A program made the translations under genes and the position numbers. Shown in pieces: positions 54,276-64,000 of a stretch of 64,000 nt of DNA; within the stretch, counting starts at the first letter, position 1, and each line of letters opens with the position of its first letter. The notes below the pieces were generated by a model. It was not told the origin of the DNA and made no database searches. It saw only the letters and a program-made list of their open reading frames with translations. The stretch comes from Ascidiella aspersa (taxonomy: Eukaryota): positions 28,210,001 through 28,274,000 of the forward strand of contig OZ004607.1 of NCBI GenBank assembly GCA_963924565.1, read 5' to 3'.

Positions 54276-56788
54276 ATGTCTAGCCTCCAGGATTTTTCAA
54301 TTCCACCACCGCCGCCGCCACCGCCAAATACAACTGTGGAGTCGACGACGGTATTCGACCCGATTATGTTCGACCTGTACGATTGGGTGGTTGATAGAGT
54401 CGTCGTAGAACCAAATGTAACCAACGTGAGCGTCCTTTGCGGTTTACCGGCCTTCTGCGAGGCTAAGGCGGTCGACACGTGCCAAAATGTTACTTTATCT
54501 GGATGCCAAGTTTGCAGTATGGCCGGAGCGGGAATATTCGCCACAGTTGTCCTGTTGCTGGCTCTTTGCATTCTGTTCGGAAACGGATTTCTCCTTTATT
54601 GCTCGCTTCTGAAAAGAGACGGATTCACGGGACATTACAACGCCGTCAAGTGTTCGCTGGCCGTCGCCGATATGCTTACAGGTAAAATAAACATATATAC
54701 ATATTAAGGAGTTGTTTACTGAAAGCCACATTGATGTAATTTTATATTTTAGCTTAGTCAGCACCTTTTTCAAATAACAATTTTAAGCCCATACTTGTTT
54801 TAATCCGTTGCTGGGTTTATGCCGCATAAACAAAATTGAGCAAACAAATGGGACACTTAATTTATTGCCCCCGTTTGCGTTCCTTTTCAAACTTATTACT
54901 TCTTCTCGTGAATGCGAGTAAACAAAACATTAACAAGAAAGGTTACTTTCCTGTTCACCGAGTTACTTCTATGACAAGTAGGATTTAGTTTAATTCGACT
55001 TTCATTTTACTGTATTCACCTTGAATCAAACGAAAATATTAGTATTTCCGAAGTAATTTTATATAAACGACAATTGTTTTCATCAACGTTAGAGAATAAA
55101 ACGCGAAATACAGAAATGCCATATTATTTACAGGATTTCAAATTCTGTTTGTAACCTTACCGCATTTCGCATGGACAATAAACATGACGCCTCCCCAACT
55201 TGACGCATTCCAACTATCCTTGCGAGGTTCACAAAAGGCCAACGCTGGTGGTGTATTCTACATGCTCGGCTACGTCGCTTCCATCAACCATCTTATGTTC
55301 ATGGGGTTCCAGCGCCTTTACGCCATCCTGCGACCTCTTCATTTCAAACTACAGAAGAGATTAAACTTGTATATCGGCCTGGCGCTCGTCTGGGTTGTTT
55401 CCATTCTGTCCGCGGTTGCACCACGTAAGGTTCAAGAGTTTTTGTATGGTAATGGAAGGGTTTATTACCGATGCCGGTCTTATATATATTAAAGCTTTCA
55501 GCTATTGGGTACTTACTTAACAGGAGGGTGGAGAGGGCAAGCGGTAAAAACATAGAAATATTGGCCGCAAAATTAGCAGTTTTTGGATGTTATGTTTTGC
55601 AGTTTGGTTTTACGACTTTGTGTATACCTATACGCACATCATATTTCTGTACAACTTGACTGTAAGAAACGTGATTGAACCAATCAACTTTACTTCGCTT
55701 GGTGTGCTTTTGGTGGTCATTCTTGGAATACCCTACATTATAATGGTCGGTAGCTGCTGATTTAATTCGTTTATTTATTAACACATTTTTATCAAAAGCT
55801 CGTGCCTGAACGAAAAAATGCTCACTGAAATTTTGTTCTCGGTAAAGACAGCCACAACAATCGGTACTGGTCTCGTGATTCACTTTAAGATCATGCGGAG
55901 ATGGAGGTCGCTTTCCAACACAGACAACGAAACCATTTCAAAGCAAAGGAAAGAACGAAGAATGTTTGTCACTCTTGCCCTTATGCAAATCGGTTTCACG
56001 GTAACTCTCAGTAAGTTTACATTCGTCGGAGTTAATTAAATTGGGTTAGCTGCCACTAGAACAGATAGTTAGTAAATCTAATGGGGTACAATAATACACA
56101 TAATTAATCTGGCCTGGGCAAAATTTCAAGTGGAAGGGAGTTGTGATGTGACAATGCTTTGTAGTCAAAATCTACTTTAAAGGGTGCATTTCTGTGATAC
56201 TTGACATTTATAGCGATAGTGTCATAAACATTTAAGTTTGTTATTTTAAATGTATTTCCTTTATTACGCTGTTGCACCCTTTATTAAACAATTTTGTTCT
56301 ACCCGTTTGTACATAATGTAAAAAGGAATTAGTCTCGGAAAAATCTCCACAATTTAGAAACAAATTAGTAACTTAACTCCATCTGTGTTTCGTTTAGTAC
56401 CTTTGGCTGTGGTGGGCATCCTGAACTTTGTGCGCGTGCTCCAGTGCAATACCACCCCGACGCCATATTTGGTCTGCTTTTATCTCGCCACATCAAACAG
56501 GTGCGACAATATATATAGTTATTTAAACATTTGATCAAATTGACAATCGTTAAACTAACGCTTCTCTTTAGTCTGGTGAACGTACTGATATACAGCGTCA
56601 GAGATGAGAAATTTCGTCAAGCGATGCGTGACGACGTCAAGATCATATGTCGAGAAAAAAGCCAAAGACTTCCCCTGGCGACAAAAGATTTATCCAGAAC
56701 CAGTGCCAAGGATAGCGCCAAAAGCAACACCTTGAGTACAGTTGCTCATTCCACAGATGCTGTAGTCGCTTCCAATACATCGCTGTGA
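54276..56788 (+). CDS. Non-canonical class A GPCR (family B, gene B3), no signal peptide, poly-Pro N-terminus; 6 coding exons, ~440 aa
   Basis: Exons 54276-54681, 55134-55424, 55603-55745, 55848-56010, 56398-56500, 56572-56788; phases 1,1,0,1,2; spliced length 1323 nt, open; in-frame TAA just upstream of the ATG. Motifs SLAVADMLTG, FQRLYAILRP, FTVTLIP, SNSLVNVLIY. Confidence 0.92.
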
Positions 56789-57276
56789 AGCCTTGCTTGT
56801 TATTATAAACAATATATGTCTCATGGTTAAGGATGTGAACCCCGTGTGAACTGATAATTAGTTTCAAATGGACACATCGCTATCTGCGTTCGAGTTTAAA
56901 GCAGTGGTGTGGGAAAGCCGGAGAGGTTCGAAACCGCGTTCCAGTAAAATAATTGCTACCGGATATGCGTTCCGGTAATATAAGTTTTGCAAGTTCGCTG
57001 TACCGATAACACAATTGTTATGTTTTTTACAAGCCATCACGCTATCTTTTCACCTCATCAAACGATACAGTTCCGAAGGTTACTTTGTTAGACGTTATCT
57101 GCTACGACATAACTTTACGACGTCATCTCGAAATATTCGCATACGTTTCGATAAAAACATTTTTCACTTTCGCCCCTGCTTTAAAGTGACTTTGTACTTT
57201 ATAAACTTTCTTTTATTCTTGAAATTATTGAAAAAACATAAAAAAAACCGTTACCACATAACTACCTCTTATACGC

Positions 57277-57579
57277 CAGTGTTTCTTAACCTTTTCTACT
57301 TGGGGGCGCACCTATAGACGTATGGAAAACGTGGCAGCCCACCTTACGAGCGAAGCGAGCGCGAAATGTTTGAGGTGTACCGATATTTCTCTTAAAATGC
57401 CTGCATTTTTTATTATATGGGTTTTATAGTTACATATCTTTATAGGGACTTCCAGCCTTTGAGACTGAAAACGTTATTTTGTCTATTAAAGCCCATTAAT
57501 TTTAGACTTATTTCGACATGGTTTTTCCTTTCGCGGCGCACCTAGCAGCATTCCATGGCGCACCGGTTAAGAAACGCTG
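57277..57579. mobile_element. hAT-type MITE, CAGTGTTTCTTAACC TIR family
   Basis: TIR cagtgtttcttaacc / ggttaagaaacgctg (14/15); TSD ttatacgc / ttatatgc (7/8); body similar to 62266-62807. Confidence 0.85.
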
Positions 57580-58224
57580 TTATATGCATTGCGTTCCGCT
57601 AAACAACAAAAGCCTTACAAATGTGATGAGGAATGATCAGCTGTTTGGTGTTGAGTCTGCATTTTGTCAAAGAGTGGCTATTTTGTGTCTACAAATAGAG
57701 GAGGGCGGCTGTGCGCATTTTTTTGGCTATTACTATAAAAGAGCAAATCATGAAAATCGCAGTTTAACAAGTTAGTAAAAAGGTAATTAGGTTTCCAATA
57801 TGATGTTGACCTAGTGCGTTACTTAAATGTAAAATATTCATGTTTTTTGCAAAAGCGTAAACGCCAGTGTATTTGGCAAATTCACTTCCAAAAATAGTAA
57901 GTCATTGAATGCCTTTCTTTAATAATATAATAATTTTGCGGATTTATCATTAATTTTTTTGAACACAATTTTCTTAGTTTTTGTGTAAAATGATAAAAGC
58001 AACGTCTGTCGCCTATCTTTATTTCTATTTTACAGTAAGGCAATGGTTTCACGAATTCTATACAGAAAGATTAACATTAAAAACAGTGAAAAGTGTCAAG
58101 CTAATTGCTAGTGTGTATTTTTAGGGTTTAAGAACAAAAACCGCGAGCTGTTAAAAGGTAATCGTCTTGTTAAATCTGCTACTATTGGGTCCATCACTCT
58201 AATTTGCCGCGTTTAACCGTTAAT

Positions 58225-58448
58225 TTGACGCCTTCCAACTATCCTTGCGAGGTTCACAAAAGGCCAACGCTGGTGGTGTATTCTACATGCTCAGCTACGT
58301 CGCTTCCATCAACCATCTCATGTTCATGGGGTTCCAGCGCCTTTACGCCATCCTGCGACCTCTTCAGTTTAAACTACAGAAGAGATTAAACTTGTATATC
58401 GGCCTGGCGCTCGTCTGGGTTGTTTCCATTCGATCCGCGGTTGCACCA
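58225..58448 (+). pseudogene. Orphan copy of most of B3 exon 2 (TM3-TM4), no splice sites
   Basis: Aligns without gaps to 55200-55423; 7 mismatches in 224 nt by eye. The 5' part of the exon, the acceptor and the gtaagg donor are missing, and the flanks are unrelated to the B3 introns. Confidence 0.88.
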
Positions 58449-58557
58449 ATTTTTAACTAATATTATTTTCCATAAAAAGTCAGCCGCCGTGTGGATATTA
58501 TTTGTAATTTCGTTAGGTGTAAAGTACCTTTTTGGCAGTTCGAGTGACTATTTAGAA

Positions 58558-58933
58558 CAGGGGCCGGCAACCTTTTTCTAGTCGCGGGCCAAAACCAAAC
58601 TCATAAAGGTCTCTGCGGGCCGCACAACATATGTTAACTGAGATTTTGTGTTAACAAAATTTTGGAACAACTGTGAATCTGGCGGGCCTCGGATTTTTTG
58701 CACTTTAAAAACGTGTTTAATTACATTCAAGGAGGCAGTAAAATGTTGCCGCAAAACGCGAAAAATTAGCGTTTGCTTGGTTTGAAATTCGAGTCCACAC
58801 GTCGTCATCCATACTACTAATGAAAAGTGTAATCAAACTACTTTTAGGACACGCGATGACCTTAATAGTTCTATAGTTCAGTGTTTAGTAGTTTTTTAAG
58901 TCCGGGCAAACGGCGAGTGGTTGCCGACCCCTG
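58558..58933. mobile_element. hAT/Charlie-like MITE
   Basis: TIR caggggccggcaacc / ggttgccgacccctg. A related left end (ggggtcggcaactttttt...ctagtcgcggg...ccaaactcat) lies at ~5236-5282 in A1 intron 2. No TSD match. Confidence 0.7.
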
Positions 58934-60390
58934 ACAAGGACGGTTTAAACCGGAAAGAACACACAACATGGCATTAAATAAATTAGGTTGTCAAAATGTG
59001 ATTCGATAAGTTTTAGAGTTTAGAAAACGGGAGGTATTTCGTTCATATTTAAAGCACACATAGTACAAAGGTGTTAGTAAAGAAAAGAAAATGTTTAAAT
59101 GTAACAAAAAAGTTTGTATATGTGTTATAGTTAATTGTTTAGCTTCTGTTAACGATTTAAAACACACAAAAAAATCTTATAAACAGAAAACTGTTTTAGG
59201 TAAACACTATAGCGTTTCTAAAACAGGTTAAAGCTTCATTTAGAAAAATCAAAAACAATTATGGCTGACAGGACTTGATAATTTTTATTTTGAGTTGATG
59301 TTTGTAGGTGTGGCTAAAACTGCATAAATCTAAATTACCAGCAATCGTGAAAGTAGTCTAACCGTAATGAGAAATTAACCTTGTAACAACTGGATCTTAC
59401 GCTTAAAAAAATTACGCCAAAAAGCAATATTTAAAATTATAGTGTTGCTAAAACTGAAAATATATTGAAATGTATTAAAATCGGTTCGCTTTAAAGTTTA
59501 GGTGTCACTACTTTTGTGCAGTGAATATTTTAACCGGTTTATGTAACCTTAAGAACAAAGCGAGCAAGGTACGACATGTCCAAACAAAATACAAATTATG
59601 TTCAATAAAAATGGAGAAAAAAGAGGGACATATTGAAGGTGTTAACAAAGAGTCAGATCCCATATTGAGGTTTGGGCCATTTTCAGGGATGAAGTCAGAA
59701 AGTTACCTGATAGCGTAACGTCATAAACAATGAATCTTAAAACTCTGTTGTGTTACTGCGATCGCCGACTTGTTTTTGTAGCTCCTCAACCTGAATAGCA
59801 AGAGTTATGTTCACCGTGTTCGTGTTTACGATAATAATTCTGCGTCTCGCTTTTGTTTGCAGTTTTTTTGCAAGTAACTCTTTCAAAGAACGCGTTTGCC
59901 CAACCCTACAATATACCAACGTGCCTTAGGTATCCGTGGCTGCGTTTTTAAGCTCATGTTTCTTTGCTGTATTTTGTTGTGCAAATAAATAAGGCTGTGC
60001 CCTCAGGCATAACCTCTAGTCTATAAGACACATTACATTTACATGGTATGGCTTTGACCATGGTTTACCGAATAAAGTATTCAAATTCGTAAATATTTTA
60101 CTGCAAATTGTAAAACCTAAAAAGGCGCCGGGTAAAGTTTTGCTGAGTTCTTGTGATAGGCTCTTGTGTCAGTTTTCAGTTTTTACAGTAAGAGGTTTAG
60201 TGCCGTTTAGCACTTATACCTATTGTGCTGCTTTGTGGCCTTTGTTGCATCTTCAGTTTGAATTGCCACCTTCATTGCGCCTTTAAAATTTATCTCATCG
60301 GCGTTGGTTCGAAAAGGTACTTTCAGTACTATAAAGAGTGTGTGCCGGGCTTAATCCAAACTTAACTTAAGATCACACAAGGCTACTTCG

Positions 60391-60452
60391 AGGTAACGCG
60401 TGCTGCCAAGTCGCCCGGTTTAGGTAACGCGTGCTGCTAAGTCGCCAGGTTT
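60391..60452. repeat. 31-bp tandem duplication
   Basis: aggtaacgcgtgctgc(c/t)aagtcgcc(c/a)ggttt occurs twice. Confidence 0.8.
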
Positions 60453-61846
60453 TAGTATCAAAATATCTCGATAATAATAATTTAAGAGGCAGTTTACGAC
60501 AGAAGTGGCATTTCAAACGTTAAACCCATGTTTTCAAAAGTCTATGTTTGATTTGTCATGAATACTCTTTGGCATATGTTTTTTGTCTGTCGCCTCAATC
60601 GCTTTGTTTGAAGTTTCTAGACTTATCCAGTTGTCGTACCACAGGCCGTTAGGACAAACTGTTAGAAATGTTTTTATTTAATTGAGGGTTAAGGGATAGA
60701 AATGTTTTGTTATTTAACAAAGGGCTTTGTGGCGGCTTTTTGCTTTTTTTATGTAATGCATGTTTTTTGTTGGGGTAAGAAAATTTTAAGTACATTTCAG
60801 TTGGGTTGTCGCAATTAACTCTGGCACACTGGCTGCTTAGTTAAAATGGTTTAAAAAAAAACGACACGACTTTTTTGTACAGCAACGGTTATTGTTATGC
60901 CGCTCAAGCAGTTAACGTAAGCTCGCTGCCTAATGCCGTGGGCAGATGTACTCGTGCTAGCACTATGCATCAACGGTCTCGTAATAACATAAGTTAATCT
61001 CACTACCTACAATACACTTACTTATCAGAAAACAAATATATAGCAAGCCGTTCTATAGTTGAGCCGGTGGGCAATACAATTACCATAATTAAATATAAAA
61101 ACAAAATGGTTTAGTCGCGTCAAATGAATTGGTTTGTTCGGGAAAACGCCTTTTGAAGTTGGTTACTTATTCTTTGTGATATTCGGAAGACTGGTGTGAA
61201 AACTGCACATCGTTCAGCAGGATCTGCTGATGTCTTTGATTGATTCGTTTCCGTAAGCTTTAGCGCACGACACGTACAACACGTTTCTATATTGGCAAGA
61301 AAAAAACTTTTATTGCCCCTGAAGATTTGCCAAATGCATTTAACTAACCACTAGAGTCCACATCCAATGATAACGTAATGTCTAACTTTTTTAATTTGAC
61401 TTGACAGTCTTGGAAAGGCCGACCTTAATACTTCAGTTAACGCAAAAATAAAATAAAGTAATTTTCGCAGCTAAATCGCGGTTGTTATGCAAGGATGATG
61501 GATGTTTTTGACGGGGTGTTTCGGACACACATAGCATTGACTTCCTTTAGTAACGTATAGGGCAAAGGTGTCATCGGACATTTAGGCTTGTATATGTTAT
61601 GCCCGAGCGAACAGGTATTAATGAGGAGTATGTAAGTGTACCTATACTTTTTACAGGTTAGGTAAATTTAGAGCTTGTTTAAAAAAGATCAGAAAAGTTC
61701 ATACAGAACCACTATTTTGAAACATATTGTGTTATAAGTGTTATAAGTGCATATGGGTGGTTTATCGGAAATATGCTAAAGGTAACAATTTATAAAAGAA
61801 AATTCTGTTTTTACCAAAACTTGCAAAGGAATAGAAAAACAACAAA

Positions 61847-62258
61847 ATGACGAGCCCGGAGCAAAATATCTCAGCTATTCCGTTTAAATTGGTTATTGTA
61901 CCCGAATTTATAACAATGGGAACACCGCTCGTTCCCCTTCTAGGCAACTGGATACCTGACCGTCAATTTGTCGCACCTACGTTTGACAACACAAGCAATG
62001 TGACAAGCATCCTTTGCGGTTTACCAGCCATTTGCGATGCTAAGGCGGTCGACACGTGCCAAAATGTTACTTTATCTGAATGCCAAGTTTGCAGTATGGC
62101 CGGAGCGGGAATATTCGCCACAGTCGTTCTGTTGCTAGCTCTTTGTATCCTGCTCGGCAATGGATTTCTCCTTTATTGCTCGCTTCTGAAAAGAGACGGA
62201 TTCACGGGACATTACAACGTCGTCAAGTGTTCGCTGGCCGTGGCCGATATGCTTACAG
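61847..62258 (+). CDS. First coding exon (N-terminus, Cys cap, TM1, TM2 start) of a fourth family B GPCR (B4), partial
   Basis: ATG 61847 to phase-1 donor ACAG|gttagc at 62258, the same position as in B1-B3. The 3' ~250 nt are ~94% identical to B3 exon 1. No exon 2 found before the window end, so the gene either continues beyond it or is truncated. Confidence 0.82.
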
Positions 62259-62265
62259 GTTAGCA

Positions 62266-62807
62266 CAGTGTTTCTTAACCTTTTTACTTGGGGGCGCACC
62301 TAAACACGTATGAAAACGTAGCGGAGCACCTTGCGAGCGAAGCGAGCGCGATTTTTTTCAGGTGTACCGGTATTTCTCTTAAATTGCCTGCAATTTTTTT
62401 TTTTAAGGGACTCCAGCCTTGAAGACTAAAAACGTTATTTAGTCATTAAAGTCTTATTTCGACTAATTTTGAACTTATTTCGACATATTCAGGTCTTATC
62501 TGGACTATTTTAGATCTTATTCTGTCGTGGTTATTATTGGAATTTGGCGTTATTATGCCGGCGGTCTTAATAGGCCTAATAATGGTAGCCTATTATAGAT
62601 TAATTATCTGATTTAGATATTGTTGCTTTGTAGGTCTAATTGCGTTTTCTACTTAAAAGGCTTGTGAAATTAATGAGCTAAGCTTAATAGGAAGGAAAAA
62701 AGTATATGTTTTATATAATAGGACCTATATACGTTTTATTTTCCTTTAGCTCGCGGCGCACCTATAGCAGTCTTCCATGGCGCACCGAAACGCTATAGGT
62801 AACGCTG
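62266..62807. mobile_element. hAT-type MITE inserted at the B4 exon 1 splice donor
   Basis: Perfect TSD GGTTAGCA at 62258-62265 and 62808-62815. Left TIR cagtgtttcttaacc; ends aacgctg. Same family as 57277-57579, with extra internal sequence. Confidence 0.85.
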
Positions 62808-64000
62808 GGTTAGCATAAGAGTTATTGCTTTAAATTACCACCCTTATAATTAAAAGGTTATGTTTTTATAGCTCATATAGTTTTCTCCCAAATTTCTATT
62901 GGGCACTGTGCAACGATTAATTTTATTATCATCCTTAACAAAGCATAAAAATGGCATTGCAAAAGCTTAAAGTGGTGCTATACGAATATCTCCACAGACG
63001 GTGTTTTGTCAATAGGATTTAATAATTAATACCGTATCTTACGTAATTGTTCCTAACACCGGAATCACAGTGTACTATTTTTAACAAAGCTAAAAATTTA
63101 TGAAACAGGAAGAACCACTGTTAGTCTAACAATTGTGTTAATGACATTTATTTCTGTCCTCAATCTATGAACTCTTCTTAACTGTTATTTTAATCAATGG
63201 CCCAAGCAAAGCTTTTCTAATGGCCTTATCAATAGAAAGGAGACCTGTTTTGCTAACACTCGACAAACTCTTTGTAACAAGATTTATACACAATTGAATT
63301 CCCTGCAACTGCTGTAAAAAGAACTGTAACTGCTGTAAAATGTCTTCTTAGTCCTACACCTGAATGAGTTATTTGCATTTATTTTTTTAATTAGGTTTGA
63401 TTAGTGCCTTGGTTCTCGGATTTTTATTAAATGACGACATAAAATTTTTTTTCAGAAATGACGTCACAAAGTTACATGTAACAAAACGCCATAAATAGGT
63501 AAACCTTAAGAACGCCACATAGTTCGTTCATTTTGTAGTTTTAGGTTGGAAATGTGTTACCTTTAATGCAAAAGGTACTTTATTAAGATTTATCAATTCG
63601 CGCAAACGAAAATATGCCTTTACATAATGTTTAAGTTTCCAAAATTTCATATTTCAAATCGGACGATGAAGCGCATGACGCCTTTGGACTGAAACGATTT
63701 TTAAATTTTGGGCTAAAACGCATAAGGAACAACTGAGAATTTTTTTGCAATATCGTAGTTAAAATATGCAAAAAACAGTTTGTTGGAAGGTGGTCATGAC
63801 CACGTGGTCCCCTCGATCCGGCTCTGCCTTTCAACCAACCGCACGAAAACGTAAGATTAATTGTAAGACTTAGAGACTAGGATGGTCTCGGTGCCGATCC
63901 AATACCAATGTTATTTGTGCGTTTTAGCCCTAGTTTTTCTAACGCAGCAATTATAGGCTATAAGTTAAAAGGTAGATTTATAAAGAAAAATAGTAAAAAA

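Noticed and set aside
41617-56788. Calling family B adhesion GPCRs, protease-activated receptors, cannabinoid or adrenergic receptors
   Set aside because: There is no GPS-type C-x-C-x-H-L/T motif and the TM motifs are class A; there is no D3.32 for amines and no convincing tethered ligand. Similarity to lipid receptors is limited to the loss of C3.25 and the TM2 motif.

Overview
This window is AT-rich, intron-containing animal DNA. An invertebrate, possibly a tunicate, is my inference from sequence style and is not shown by the sequence. It holds a tandem cluster of class A (rhodopsin-like) GPCR genes that I reconstructed exon by exon from GT-AG sites and reading-frame phase. Family A has three co-oriented melatonin-receptor-like genes (2296-8310, 16445-23926, 35048-39568). 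They keep NRY in TM3, have NFxxY in TM7 and lack the known melatonin-contact residues; one has a 10-His N-terminal tract. Family B has three complete genes (41617-47335 +, 49565-53289 -, 54276-56788 +), the first exon of a fourth (61847-62258) and an orphan exon fragment (58225-58448). Family B is strongly non-canonical: a conserved GxPxxC-x7-C-x7-C-x2-CSM cap sits just before TM1, C3.25 and the ECL2 cysteine are absent, QRF/QRL replaces DRY, W6.48 is absent and NVxxY replaces NPxxY. Introns and spacers carry many hAT-type MITEs with 8-bp target-site duplications (TSDs), fold-back elements, tandem duplications and one assembly gap. Most short ORFs in the supplied track are noise or exon read-throughs.
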